DNA of 64,000 nucleotides, from assembly GCF_009914755.1 (NCBI RefSeq), contig NC_060931.1, one strand, 5' to 3'. Under the pieces are notes generated by a model. That model saw only the letters and a list, made by a program, of their open reading frames with translations, ran no database searches and was not told the DNA's origin. Position 1 is the first letter of the stretch, and each line of letters opens with the position of its first letter. Below, piece by piece: positions 1-15,100 of the stretch. This DNA is from the human T2T-CHM13v2.0 reference genome, Homo sapiens. Both the position numbers and the translations under genes were made by a program.

Positions 1-1695
1 AGTTCAGGAAAATCTGTTTGGTTTAAACTGCATAACAGAAAACAAATTTGGTTTGTTTCCATACCAGCAAAGGTTGAAAATAAGTAGCTAAATTTTTCAA
101 CAAGCAATGAAAACTCAAAAATTTTGTTTTGAAGCAGATTAAGTTATAAACACACACACACACACACACATACACACACACACACACAACAGACATAGAG
201 GGACTCATAGAAGAGAGGCCTAGAAACAAAGGATTTGCAGAACTCAAAAAAGAAATTGAAAAAAAAAAAGGACTAGATAATTTTAGAAACAAAGACAAAT
301 AAGAGCTACAATGAACAACAGACACCACAGAAAGATTAGTAATTAGAGTATAAAAAAGAAATGTGAATAAAATGGAACATATTAGAAAAGAAGAAAGGTT
401 TGAAGAGAAGTGGATAGATATAGAAGAGAAGCAAAGAAGATCCAACATGTATTTGAAGCCCTGGGCAGGGGGAGCGGGGGCCAAGATAATGGAACAAAGA
501 AATATTTGAAATTTTAATTATTTGTGACAGTTTTTTTTAAATGAGACATAAAATAAAAAACACATATTGCTAAATGGTATACTATGTATCAGTGAAAACA
601 CCCAGGTCAACACCAAGACAATCCCCACAAAAATTATTAAAAATCAAACATAAAAAAAAGAAAGATTATTTGGATATTCAGGCAACTAGATCAAGACACT
701 TATAAATGACAGAAAAAAAAGTGGCATCAGACTTCTCACTGCAACACCAGAAAACAGTAAAGAAACACCTACAAGTTACTCAAAAAAATAAAATGTGAGG
801 CAAGCATTGTATTTCAATCTAAGCTCCCCTTTAAGTATAAAGACAATGATCTTCTGAACATTAAAAAACCCAGGGTATGTTTCTCTAATTTCCCTTTCTG
901 GGGAATCTACTATGGGATAAGCACCAGGCAATCAAGAAATTATTGGAGAAACTTTGCTGAAAGTTGATGGTGCACAATAATTACATTTAACAATAAAATT
1001 GAGGCTAAAAATGGGGAAGAGTGCTAAAGAATAGCATACAAATATTAGTATGATCTAGCAATATAAAAATAACACAAAATAAAAATTTAATTAACACAGA
1101 GATAAGAGAAAAAAAGCTAAATTCCTTGATTGTCCATAAGTTATGACCTGGAATATTGATATTTAAACTCAAAAATCTTTAGCGTATTTGAAAGCACAAA
1201 AATCAACACTAAGTTAAAGCCATTGGTGAAAATTAGATAATAGAAGAGAGAAAAGGGAAAGGAAGGAAAAGTTTCCACTCTAAATGTATTCTTGATGATA
1301 AACAATGTAAATAAAGGGGATTATTTGTATTATGTAAGATATTAATGTAAAAGTAACCACTAAAACAAATTACAAACTTTCCTAAATTTCCAAGAATTCT
1401 AAAAATAGAAGAAAAAAGCAGATAGCATCATGATTGGGAAAAGCACTCTTTCTTTTATATATTTGCACAATTACCTATTTATGAACATATATAGAATGAT
1501 ATTATAGACCTAGGATCAAATATTCCAGTCATATCAACAAATGTAAATGTGGTGAACTCATCTAATATATAAAAAGATTTTCATATTAGCACTCAAAGTA
1601 AAATACAACCTGATAAGGTACAAAAGAGAATCACCTAAAACAAAATGACTCAGAAGTATTAAAATTAAAGGATTGGTAGAAATTTGCAAAGAGGC
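1..1695 (+). mobile_element. Old, highly decayed L1M LINE fragment (ORF1, inter-ORF, start of ORF2)
   Basis: A-rich plus strand with L1 motifs such as gtggcatcagacttctcactgcaacac (~721) and aaatgtaaatgtggtgaactcatctaat (~1540); interrupted by an MLT1 LTR. Confidence 0.7.
150..188. repeat. (CA)n microsatellite
   Basis: Direct reading; one TA interruption. Confidence 0.95.
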
Positions 1696-2067
1696 TGTTA
1701 AGGACTGAACTGTGTTTCCCCACAAAATTAGTATGTTAAAGTCCTAACTCCCAGTACCTCAAAAGGAGACTGTATTTGGAGATAGGGCCTTTAAAGAAGT
1801 AATTAAGGTAAAATGACATCATTTGGGGTAAACATGTATCCTCTATGATGTCCTTATAAGAGAAAATTAGGACGTACATGCAAAAAGGGAAGACCATGTG
1901 AAGACACAGGGAGAAGAGTTCGATCTACAAGCTAAGGAGAGAGATCTCAGAAGAAACCAACACCTTGATACTGGACTTCCAGCTTTCAAGATTGTAAGGA
2001 AAAATTTCTCTTGTTTAAGACATACCATTTGCAGTATTCATTACAGCAGAACTAGCAAACTAATACG
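1696..2067 (+). mobile_element. MLT1A-type MaLR solo LTR
   Basis: Starts tgttaaggactgaactgtgtttcccc; internal tatttggagatagggcctttaaaga; ends ctagcaaactaatac. Confidence 0.85.
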
Positions 2068-2089
2068 AAGACCATTGCTCTGACACTCA

Positions 2090-3700
2090 CAATATGAACA
2101 AGCCAGATAAACTACAATTTGTATTATAGTATTTTTTAAATCCATCAGAACTGAGGATGCAAAGAGATACAAAATAATAAATTTTCTTCTTAGGAAAGAA
2201 AATATTCAGTTTTTGTTCCTTCTTAGTAGAGCTATAGGGTCTACAGAGATACATTCCAGACAGAATAAAAAGAATAGCCAAATTTTTGATCAAACTTTTG
2301 ATGGCCAAGTATGGCCTGGTATATGGGTTATAATCACTAGGAATACCAAACACAAAGTGAGTCTTCCCTGCTAGCCTACTCTTCCAACAGATCTTTGCTG
2401 CATACACAGGATAAAAGGCTATAGGAAGGGCAGGAGGGCCGGGGGAGATTTCCCCTGAGGTTCACTTGAACTTCTTCAAGAGTAAAGCAGCAGGCTAGAG
2501 AAAGCCATGAGTAAGGTACAACTGCTGAATGAAATCCTTTCAAAGCACTCCAAAAGATAGGAAGAGACAGTAGAGAGGAGATAGACATCCCAAAATGCAG
2601 AAAGTAGACAGTAGAAATTGAGAAAGGATAACTCCCCATGACCCAACAAGCTAGAATCCATGGAGTAAGACAAACAGGGAACTCTCCCCTAGTTCAGGAA
2701 GTTGACTGGGCTGAATAGCATAAATAGAATTTCCCAGAGAAAGCAAAGTCCTGAACCCATCTTCAGAATATTTGTAACCAATGGGGAACTAAATCAAGGT
2801 AAAGAGGCAACACAACCCAGACCCAGCCCAGCTACGGGTTAGACTGATTTAGCCACACACATGTAATGTTACAGGAGAATGGAGTGGCCTTTTTTGGAGG
2901 TAAATATTTACGAGTTTCTAATTTTTTTTACACAGTGTTCAGCATACAATAAAATAATCACAAGATATGTGAAAAAAGAAGAAAATGAGAGGAAATAATA
3001 GAAGATGTACAGATAATCTAGATAATAGAATTATCAGATCAGACAGGGACAGTAAAATAACCATGATAATTTTGCTTTTTAACATTTCTATTCTTCAATT
3101 GACAAATAAAAATTGTATATATTTATCATTACAGCATGTTGTTCTGAAATATGTATACGTTGTGGAATAGCTAAATTAAACTAGTTAACATTGCATTACT
3201 TTAAAACATAGTAGAAAAGATGAAAATGCATAGATGAGAAATTTCAGTAGATAAATTATAAACAAAAAGGAACTAAGTTGAGATTCCAGAACTAAATTAT
3301 GCAAAATAATAAATAAAAAATGCATTCAATGAAGTTAACAGCACACCAGACACAGCGGAAGAAACATAGCAGAGTTCAAGAAGGGTGAATAGAAAGTATC
3401 CAATCTAAAACAGATAAAAAGAGTGAAAAAACTAGAGTACCTGAGATCTGTAAGACAATATTAAACATTTCAATTGGCATGTAGTTGGAATCTCAGAAGA
3501 GAGACATTGTGACAGAGGAAATGTTTTAAGTGATAACCAAATATGTACAAATTATATGAAAAGATTAAGAAAACTGTAATAGGTAATTAGTAAAACTTAT
3601 AAAAACTAAATTAATGGAAAAATTTTAAAAGCAGACAGAAGAAAAAAATATGAAACGAAGAATCACAGCTGATTTCTGTTAAGTGACAAAAGCAAGGTAC
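2090..3700 (+). mobile_element. Old L1M 5' region/ORF1 remnant
   Basis: ORF1-like motifs (ctagaactaaattatgc, tgagatctgtaagacaatattaaac, gaatcacagctgatttct); contains a younger L1MA 3' fragment. Confidence 0.6.
3075..3200 (-). mobile_element. Short L1MA (MA6-8-like) 3' end fragment
   Basis: aattgacaaataaaaattgtatatatttat...gaaatatgtatacgttgtggaatagctaaatt is the reverse of an L1MA 3' terminus. Confidence 0.75.
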
Positions 3701-5463
3701 AGAAAAGCACGTAAAATATTTACATGCTTTTGTAAGAAAGGACAGAAGGAAATAAGAGAAGATGATAGATGATTAGATACATAGACAGACACATACATAC
3801 ATACATAGAATGGTTGAATGTCCTTAAATTGGTTATAACTTACTCTGTGTCAGAAATAGCATGAAGAAACCATAACATGGTAACAGTAATGTGATAGTGA
3901 TTGAGGATCACATAAAATCTTTGTGAGTTCACAACTAGAAACAAGCTGTGACAAGAATATCTTGAAAAGAAAAAAAAAGAACTCAACTTTAAGAAATAAG
4001 ATTTAATAACAGAAATGGTAGCCTTTTTCCTTAATGATATGCATTGGTTTTACTACTAGTCTCTCTAATGCCCATGTAATTAAATAAATCAACAGTTTGA
4101 TATTTTCTCTTCAAAAGAACAATGAATAGTATGCTCGTTTTATTAAATATGACTTTATTGTGTTATTATTACAAAAACAATATACATTCATAAAAGAAAC
4201 ACAAGAAATAAAGCTAAGTGAAAGTTAATAATAAAATAATTAACACCCATGGCCATACTACCAAGATATCACTGTGGATTATATCTTCCTATAGGTATGT
4301 AGGTAGGTAAGTAGGTATATAGGCAGGTAGATGGATGATGAGAGATAATAATAGATAATAGATGGATGGATAACTACAAATATTAATATCTATATAGTGG
4401 GACATTGATGAAGATAGAAAGATAGAGGTTATCTTTCTAAAACTGAATTATACTACACTACACTACATCTGATTTTAAATAAATAAAATCATGAAGAATT
4501 TCCTTTGCGAGGACCTCTTGTCATTTTCAGGGACCAAGACATCAGCGTTATCATTTCTGTAAAAGCCCACTGAAATCAGTAACAAAGGTCTCCTTCTAAA
4601 TGTGTGTGAATTGCTTTCACTTACAACTTCAGGAAAGAAAACCTGCCAGGACATTCCTAAGAGTAAAATCCATGCTTCTTTTCACTAAATCCAAACCATT
4701 GAATTAGTGTAGACCAAGACAAACACAAAATATCACAATAATGCTTTGGGGTATATACGCTTCATTAAAGATAATCCACTACAATATGACAAAACATAAG
4801 GTAGCTATTCTTTCTGCAGCAACACAGATGAAGACTTTATTTTAAACCCATAGCAGATTGAATTTTTGCATGATGTTTTCTTTATACTGCCTTGCTTAAT
4901 CTGGAAATACATTAAAACACTCATCCACCTGCTGTGCTGGTTTCAGCTGTTGCAAATTGATGATTAGCTTCCTCCTGACAATATTTTCTTCTCACAAAAT
5001 TTTAAAACTGACTGAAACAATGTTAAAATTCTGAAATGGAAAATACAACTTATTTAACACTTTAAAACTATTTTACCTTTAAATCATTTGAATAAGATAA
5101 AACTATTAAGATTAGAAAACATTAATTAGGTGTTAACTTTTAATGTTTTATTCTTCTAGATGAAATTCATAACATTATCATCCCAAAGCCAGGTAAATAG
5201 GCATAATTATTAGCTGCAATTGCCTCCATTAAATGCCATCACAAAATGTGTAATGTTGGTAGCAGTCTCAGAATTTGCTGGTAACTTAAGGCAAGCTTGG
5301 TTATCAAAAATTCAAACAGACTTTTTACTTTCTCTGCTATCTGACTTAAAGGATAAGTATTTTCTTTTAGTCAAATTTAATTTTTGTATTTAAAATTTAA
5401 TGAGTTGATTAAAAGAAAATCATGTAGATTAAAAAAAAATTCTTATATCCAGAAGGTTCTAAG

Positions 5464-5669
5464 CAAGGGTTGGCAAACTATGACTTACGGACAATTGCCT
5501 CTTTTTGTAAATAAAATGTTATCAGAGCACAGCCATACTCATTCATTTCTATATTGTCATTGGCAGATTTTACTGGACAGCAAAGTTGAGCAATTGCCAC
5601 CAATAATTTATATCTTTCAAGCCTAAAATATACTATCTAACCCTTTAAGAAAAGGTTTGCCAATTCTTG
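5464..5669. mobile_element. MER58A-like hAT-Charlie non-autonomous DNA transposon
   Basis: Termini caagggttggcaaact / ggtttgccaattcttg; internal tttttgtaaataaaatgttatcagagcacagcca. Confidence 0.85.
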
Positions 5670-6168
5670 GATTAAATAAAGAGTTTCAAGCCAACTCTGA
5701 CCCCTATCACATCATACTTTTTAATGTGTTAAGAAAGAGAAAAAATAAAAGAAGGTATAAAAACATAACATGGTCTCCAGTTTGAATCAGTTGCTGGATT
5801 TTGTTTGTTTTAAACTGCACCTCAGCATTCAGCATTTCACTTGTCCCTTTAACTGACCCTGATCTGGTACGAATTTTCTTCTTAGCACTGAAATGTGCTC
5901 CATCACAAATTTCTGATTACCATTTTGATTAAAATATCCACCATTTTTACTGACAGTATCTCACACCTGTTCTTATTTTTATTCATATCCTTTGTATTTC
6001 CTACAACATTAAGACTAAAGAACATTCTAAGATCATTTATGGTTGAAAATTATTTCCTTATAGAATTCTACAAGTTCCTATGGGTAGGCAGTCATAGTGG
6101 TCTTGGCAAACTGAATATGCCCTAACTGATGAGCCTCCTTGATTACTCATGCTGACTCACTTGTATGA

Positions 6169-6511
<343 letters not shown>

Positions 6512-6729
6512 TGGGAAGAATATTATGATTGAGTACTCATTGCTATTGTGAGATTAATAAGTAGCTGTAGAAGATAAACTAGTCACACACTGCATTTTTT
6601 ACATTTCATTTGACAACAAATTTAGAAAATAACTCCAATAAGAATAACAGAACAGAATTAGAGAATGACAGAAAAACAAGTCCAAATTCACAAAAATCCT
6701 TCAGAGACATTTTTTAGTGAATTCTAGTT

Positions 6730-6925
6730 CTGTGGGTTCCAAACCTTACTACATACTGGATCACCTAGGAAATGTACACGACAAAATAACCTAAATACAG
6801 TGGGTGGGCTCTCCCCATAAAATTCTGATTCAGTAGCTCTCTTGTGGTATTCTGGGGTATATAGTTTTAACAAACATCTCATGTTGTTATGATAGATGGA
6901 TATGGACAGATATTTGGAAACATGA
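6730..6925. mobile_element. MER5-family DNA transposon remnant
   Basis: ttctgattcagtag...ttttaacaa motif with decayed termini. Confidence 0.6.
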
Positions 6926-7021
6926 TACAGTTGTTTTCAATACTATAACACTAAGGAATGATAGTCATATCTGGTTATTTGTTTGTTCATTCCCAAGCAG
7001 CAATGTTTTGCAATTAGCTTG

Positions 7022-7457
7022 TGTGAGGGTTAATTTTATGTGTCAATTTGACTGGGCCATGGGGTGCCCAGATATTTGGTCAAAAATTCTGGGTGCTTCT
7101 TTGATGGTGTTTTTTAATGAGATTCACATTTAAGTTGGTAGACTGAGTAAAGCAGATTTCCCTTCATGATGTGGGTGGATCTCATCAAATCAGTGGAAGA
7201 CCCAAATAGATGAAGGATGACTCTTCCCTCGGAAAAAGAGAACGTTCCTGCATGATGGCTTTTAAATGAGGATATCAACTCTTCCTGGTTCTACAGCAGC
7301 CTTTAGACTTGAACAGGGACATTGGCTCTACAGATTTTGGACTTACTAGCCTCCATGATGATGTGAGCCAGTTCCCTATAATATATCCTTTAGGAATATA
7401 GACAAATAGATAAATATCCTATTGGTTTTGTTTATCTGGAGAACCTCGACTAATACA
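7022..7457 (+). mobile_element. MLT2 (ERVL) solo LTR
   Basis: ggttaattttatgtgtcaatttgactgggcca start; cctattggttttgtttatctggagaacctcgactaataca end. Confidence 0.9.
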
Positions 7458-8946
7458 CTACGGAAAAGAGGAAAATCAATCCCTCTAAAAGTCTACAATC
7501 CTACTATTACACTGACCTTTAAGTTTAAAAAAAAAAAAAAGAAGGCCCACAATCTTTCATTGTTATTCAGCTTTATCACTGTCAAGCCCAATGATCCTGG
7601 ACAATTCTCTTGGATCTTGTATTCTTCCATTTTCTCACCTGTTAAATGTTAAGGATACCCCCCTGTCTACCTCACAGAATTATGAGGGCATATACCATAT
7701 ACCTTGAAGAAAGTAAAGGAGAAATATGAGAGTAAACATGGCTCATTGAGCACGCATTCAGTTCCACTACCTCTGAAGTGAGAATAATAGCAGCAGGGTA
7801 TCTTTAAAGAATTATACCATTAAAAACAAAGGGAAATGAAGAAGAGATTATACCAGCAAAATTTAAGAAGCTGGAAAGCAGAAGGTTCAGTGGTAAATGA
7901 TTTAGCCACACAAGGGAAAGCCAAATCCTAAATAAGCATGTAAAGTTCATGTGTAACCCAATTTGCATGGCAGAATTCTCAAAAGGTTCAAGACTGAGTG
8001 AAAGTGGAGGTAAAATTAGGACAAAAAAATGGAAGATGAAAAAAAAAAAAGCAGAAGGAGTGGTTGACAGTTTTAAGACCTAATAAGTCCCAGAACACTT
8101 TTAACCAGATAACCACCGCTCCCCTCCTCCATTAGAAAAATGGAAGTTTATTCTCAAGAAAGGACCTTGGGACTAGGGGACCCCAGGCACTATGGAAGGT
8201 GAGATTACCATATAAAATCAAGGGAACATTTCATACCAAATATTGCAAGTTCCAGCTCAATTCTCCAAATCATCTCACAAAAGACTAGCAGCTAAGCTTA
8301 TACTCTATGGACAGATAAATGAAAGATTCTTTATACTGAATCTGACCAGACCAAGAGAAAGAAACCTCAAGAAGTTCCCCAACTAACATGCCAATCAGAT
8401 ACCCAACAGTGCATTCATAGTCTCCTACCTCTTCCAAGTACACAGAGCTTGCAGTCAGCACATTAGCCCCTCAGAAAACACCTGTAGAAAGTCTCTAATG
8501 GGAAAGGCAGACAGAAACAGAGAACAAATAAAACTAGGAATAACCAGCATCGATACAGAGAGAAGGAAAGCTTTAAAAACTATAATTAGGTCTATGATGG
8601 ATATGTAAAGTGGAATATGTTTATATAATTAAGTTTCTGATTAACTTCCATCATAATTTCAGAGATTTAACATTCCAGTTTTTGAACTATGAAAATATTC
8701 TGCTCAAGAACATAATAAAATAACATCACACCATTCACCATAATACATCCCTTCATAAACTCAGCAGTATATATGTATTTAATTATCTCACACAAGCATG
8801 AGACTAATCTGATTGAACAATGAAAGCAAGGCAAAAAATGTTCTAAAGGAAGCATTTTCTGTTATACTCAAAGCTAATTCCAATTGGGACATTTGTTTAT
8901 GACACATATAGGGAGAAATTTGAATATACATATTTGAATATATATG

Positions 8947-9168
8947 CAGACACACCTCATCTTAATGCATTTCCCTTTATTGCACTTCACAGATACTACG
9001 TAAATTACAAATTGAAGGTTCTTTGTGACCCTGTGTCAAGCCTATTGGTGCCATTTTTCCAACAGCATGTGCTTACTTCATACCTCTGTGTCATATTTTG
9101 GTAATTTCCACAATATTTCAAACTTCTTCATTATTAGTATACATGATATGGTGATTTGTGATCAGTGA
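8947..9168 (+). mobile_element. Tigger1 left-end fragment
   Basis: cagacacacctcat...tttattgcacttcacagata...gccatttttccaacagcatgtgc...tgtgatcagtga; homologous to 29884-30110. Confidence 0.85.
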
Positions 9169-12100
9169 GCGGTTGTGACCAGGGAATGGTTACAGCAGGC
9201 CTTGGATGAGACCCAGTGCTGTGCAGGTCTCAGGTCTGACCCAGTGCAGCCGTAGTTGTGGTGGCCACAGCAGTGCCTGTGTTACTCCACCCTCAGCATT
9301 AGGTGGCTCAGAACAGAAACAAGGGCTCCATTTGTTTGGGGGAAAAAAAAGGGAAAAGAAGAAGAGTCTCCACCTGGTAATCCAGAGAATTCTTCTGGGT
9401 TTTGTTCAAGATCCTCAAGGTGGTACCCTCTACAAATCTGCAAGAACCACAGTGTTACTTGGCCTTGGGTACCCCTCCAAAGCAAATACACCTTAGATCA
9501 CAATATCCAAGTTCTTTCAAATATCTTCAAAGCCTTCTCAAGAAGGATGGGTATAAACAAGCCCAGATAGTGAACATTACAATAAATACTAAACACTTCA
9601 ATACCCAGATACTGAGGAACATCAACAAGCATAAGCACCATCCAGGAAAACATGACCTCACCAAATGAACTAAGCAAGGCACCAGGGACCAATCCTGGAG
9701 AAACAGAGATATTTGACCTTTCAGACAGAGAATGCAAAATAGCTATGTTGAGGAAACTCAAAGAAATTTAAGTTAACAGAGAAAAGGAATTCAGAATTTG
9801 ATCAGATAGATTTAACCAAGAGACTGAAATAATTTAAAAGAACCGAGCAAAAATTTTGGAGCTGAAAAATGCACTTGTCACACTGAAGAATGCATCGGAG
9901 TCTTTTAATAGCAGAATTGATCAAGCAGAAGAAAGAATTAGTGAGCTTGAAGACAGACTATCTGAAAATACAGTCAGAAGAGACAAAAAAAGAATAAAAA
10001 ACAATAAAGCACGTCTACAGAATTTTGAAAACAGCCTCAAAAAAGCAAATCTAAGAGCTATTGGCATTAAAGAGGAGGTAGAGAAATATACGGGTAGAAA
10101 GTTTGTTCAAAGGGATAATATCAGAGAATTTCCCAAAACTAGAAAAAGATATTAGTATCCAAATGCAAGAAGCTTATAGAACACAAAGCTTCTATAATAC
10201 AAAAGCTTCTATAACACAAAAATTTGTGTTATAGACACAAATTTAACCCAAGGAAGATACCTCAAGGCATTTAATAATCAAACTGCCACAGATCAAGAAG
10301 AAAGAAAGGATTCTAAAAGCAGCAAGAGAAAAGAAACAAATAACTTACACTGGAACTCCAAAATATCTGGCAGCAGACTTCTCAGTGAAAGTTTACAGAC
10401 CAGGAGAGAGTGGCATGGCATATATAAAAAACTGATGGAAAAAGATTTTTTATTCTAGAATATATCTCCAGTGAAGATATCCTCCAAACCTGACAGAGAA
10501 ATAAAGACGTTACCAGGCAAACAAAAGCTGAGGAATTTCATCAACATCTGACCAGTCCTACAAGAAATGCTAAAGGGAGTACTTCGATAAGAAAGAAAAG
10601 GCCATTAATGAGCAATAAATAATCACCTGAAGGTACAAAACTCACTGCTAATAGTAAGCGTACAGAAAAACACAGACTATTATAACAGTGTAACTGTGGT
10701 GTGTAAACTATTTTTATGCTAAGTAGAAAGGCTAAACAATGAACAAAAAATAACTACAATAACTTTAAGACATGAACAGTAGAATAAGATATAAATAGAA
10801 ACAACAAAAAGTATAAAAGTGGGGGGATGAAGTTAAGGCATAGAGTCTTTATTAGTTTTCTTTCAGCTTGTTTGTTTATGCAAACAGTGTTAAGTTTTTA
10901 TTAGGTTAAAATAATGGGTTACAAAATAACCAAGCCTCATGGTAACCTCAAATCAAAAAACATAAAATAGGTACATGAAAAATAAAAAGCAAGAAACTAA
11001 CATATCACCAGAGAAAACTGTGTTTACTAAAGGAAGACAAAAAGGAAAGAGAAGACTATAAATAAACCAGAAAACAAATAACAAAATGGCAGGAGTAAGT
11101 CCTTACTTATCAATAACAACATAGAATGTAAATGGACTAAACTGGCCAGTCAAAAGACCTAGACTGGCTGAATGGATGAAAAAAACAAGACCCAGTGATG
11201 TGTTTCCCACAAGAAACAAAGTTCACCTATAAAGATACACGTAGACTGAAAATAAAGAGTTGGAAAAATATATTCCATGCCAATGGAAACCAAAAAACAG
11301 CAGGGGTGGCTTTACTTATATTAGACAAAATAGATTTCAAGACAAAAACTATAAAAAAAGATAAAGAAGGTCACTATATCGTGATAAAGGGGTCAATTCA
11401 GAAAGAGGATATAACAATTTTAAATATATATGCACCCAACACTGGAGTGCCCAGATATATAAAGAAAATATTATTAGAGCTAAAGAGAGAGATAGGCCCC
11501 AATACAGTAATAGCTGGAGACTTTAACACCTCACTTTCAGCATTGGACACATCTTCCAGACAGAAAGCTAATCAAGAAACATTGGACTTAATCTATACTA
11601 TAGGCCAAATGGATCTAATAAGTATTTACAGAATATTTTAGCCAAAAGCTGCAGAATCTACATTCTTTTCCTCAGCACATGAATTATTCTCAAGGATAGA
11701 TCATATATTAGGTCAAAAAACAAGTCCTAAAACACTCAAAAAATCTAAAATAATATCAAGCATTTTCTCTGTCCACAGTGGAATAAACTAAAAATTAATA
11801 ACAGGAGAAATTTTGAAAACTGTACAAATACAAGGAATTAAACAATATGCTCTTGAATAACCAGTGAGTTGAGAGAAATTAAGAGGGAAATTGAAAAATT
11901 TTTGAAACAAATGATAATGGAAACACAACATGCCAAAACCTATGGGATACAGCAAAAACAATACTAAAAGTTTATATCTGTAATTGTCTACATCAAAAAA
12001 GAATAAAAACTTAAAATAAACAATCTAATGATGCCTCTTAAAGGACTAGAAAAGCAAGAGCAAACCAAACCCAAAACTTGTAGAATAAAATAATAAAGAT

Positions 12101-15100
12101 AACAGCAGAAATAAATGAATTTTAAATGAAGAAAACAATACAAAAGATCAATGAAACAAAAAAGTTGTTTTTTTGAAAAGGTAAACAAATTTGACAAACA
12201 TTTAAGCCAGACTAAGAAAAAAAAGAGAGAAGACGGAAATCAATAAAATCAGAAATTAAAAGGGAGACGTTACAACTGATACTGCAGAAATTCGTATGCC
12301 AATAAATTGAAAACTTAGAAGAAATGAACAAATTCATAGAGACATACAACCTCCCAAGATTGAACCAAAAAAAATCTAAAACCTAAGATTGAAGTCATAA
12401 TAAAAGGAAAAGAAAAGCCCAGGATCCAATGGTTTCACTGCTGAATTCTACCTAACATTTTAAAGAGGAACTGATACCAATCCTACTGAAACTATTACAA
12501 AAAATAGAGAACAGAATATTCATTCTGTGAGGCCAGTACTACCCTGATACAAAACCAGACAAAGACACGTCAAAAGAAGAAAAATACAGACCAATATCTC
12601 TGATGAATATTGATGAAAAAATCTTGAACAAAATACTAGCAAAGCAAATTCAACAGTACATTAAAAGATCATTGATTGTGACCAAGTCATATTTATCCCT
12701 GGGATGCAAGGATGGTTCAACATACACAAATTAATCAATGTGATACTCATATCAACAGAATGAAAAAACTATATGATCATTTCAACTGATGCTGAAAAAG
12801 CATTTGATATAACTTGACACCTTTTCATGATAAAAAAAAATCTAAAAAAACTAGGTATAGAAGGAATATAACGTAATAAAAGCCATATACAATAGACCCA
12901 CAGCTAGTGTAATACTGAATAGGGAAAAACTGAAAGCCTTTCCCCTAAGATCTGGAACATGACAAGGATGCCTACTTTCACCACTGTTATTCAACATAGT
13001 ACTGGAAGTCTTAGCTAGAGCAATCGGACAAGAAAGAAATAAAGGACATTGAAATTGGAATGGAAGAAGTCAAATTATCCTTGTTTGCAGATAACATGAT
13101 GTTATATTTGGAAAAACCTAGACTCCACACACAAAAAAAATTTAGTACTGATAAACAAATTCAATAAAGTTGTAAAATATAAAATCAACATATGAAAATC
13201 AGTAGCATTTCTATATGCCAAGAGTGAGCAATCTGAAAACGAGATTTAAAAAGTAATCCCATTTACAATAGCCACAAATAAAATTGTATACATAGGACTT
13301 GATTTAATCAAAAAAGTGAAAAATCTCTACAATAAAAATTATAAAACACTGATAAACAAAATTGAAGAAAACATCAAAAAAGAAAAATATTCCATGTTTA
13401 TGGATTGGAATAATTAATATTGTTAAATTGCCCATACTACCCAAAGCAATCTACAAATTCAATGTAATCCCTATCAAAATAACAATAAAATTCTCCACAG
13501 AAATACAAAATACAATTCTAAAATTTATATGGAAACATAAAAGACCCAGAATACCCAAAGCATTCTGAACAAAAAGAACAAAACAGGAGGAATCACATTA
13601 CCTGACTTCAAATTATACTATAGAGCTATAGTAACCAAAGTGGCATGATACTGGTATAAAAACAGACACATAAACCAATGGAATAGAATAGAGAACCCAG
13701 AAATAAATTCACACACCTACAGTGAATTCATTTTTGACAAAGTTACCAAAAGCAAAAAAGACAGTCTCTTCAATAAATGATGCTGGGAAAACTGGATATC
13801 TATATGTAGAAGAATGAAACTAGACCCCTATCTCTTGCCATATACCAAAATCAAATAAAAAAGACTTAAATCTAATACCTCAAACTATGAAACTACTACA
13901 ATAAAAAATTTTGGAAAATCTCCAGGACATTGGTCTGGGCAAAAATCTGAGCAATACCCCCACAAGCACAGGCAACCAAAACAAAATTGGAGAAATGGGA
14001 TTACATCAAGTTAAAAAGCTTCTGCACAGCAGAGAATACAATCATGAAAGTGAAGAGACAACCCACAGAATGGGAGAAAATATCTTCGAATTATCCATCT
14101 GACAAGAATGTGTAAAGAACTCAAACAACTCTACATGAAAACAATCTAATAATCTGATCAAAAAATGGGCAAAAGATCTGAACAGACATTTCTCAAAAGA
14201 AGGCTTAAAAATGCAAAACAGACATAAAAAGGTACTCAATATTATTGGTCATCAGAAAAATGCAAATCAAAACTACAATCATCTCACCCTAGTTAAAATG
14301 GCTTACATCCAAAAGACAGGCAATAACAAGTGCTGGCAAAGATGTAGAGAAAAGGAAACCTTTGTACACTCTTGGTGAGGATGTTAAATCAGTACAACCA
14401 TTATGGATAACATTTGGAGATTCCTCAAAAAAACCCTAAAAATCGAGCTACCATATGATCTAGCAATTTCACTACTGGGTATATACCTGAAAGAAAGGAA
14501 ATCAGTATATTGAAGAGATATCTGCACTCCCATGTTTGTTGTAGCACTGTTCACAATAGCTAAGATTTGGAAGCAACCTAAGTGTCCATCAACAGCTTAA
14601 TGAATAGAGAAAATGTGGGTACATAAACATGATGGAGTACTATTCAGCCACAAAAAAGAATGAGATCCATTCATTTGCAACAACATGGTTGGAACCGGAG
14701 ATCATTATGTTATGTGAAATAACCCAGTCACAGAAAGACAACATCGCATGTATCACTTATTTGTGGGATCTAAAAATCAAACAATTGAACTCATGGACAT
14801 AGAGAGTAGAAGGATGGTTACCAGAGGTTGGGAGGGGCAGTGGGGGGCTGCAGGGGAGGTGGGGATGGTTAACAGGTTAAAAAAATGTTCAGAAAGAATG
14901 AATGACATGCTATGTGATCTCACTTCAAGGTTTACTATAGTCAATAATAGCTGAACTGTACATTTTTGAATAACTAAAAGAGTGCAACTGGATTGTTGAT
15001 AACACAAAGGATAAATGCTTGAGGGGATGGATACCATATTCTACATGATGTGCTTGTTTCACATTCCATGCCTGTATCAAAATATTTCATGTACCATGCA

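Noticed and set aside
23-484. 153-aa hydrophobic minus-strand ORF
   Set aside because: Antisense of A-rich L1 plus a (CA)n repeat; compositional artefact
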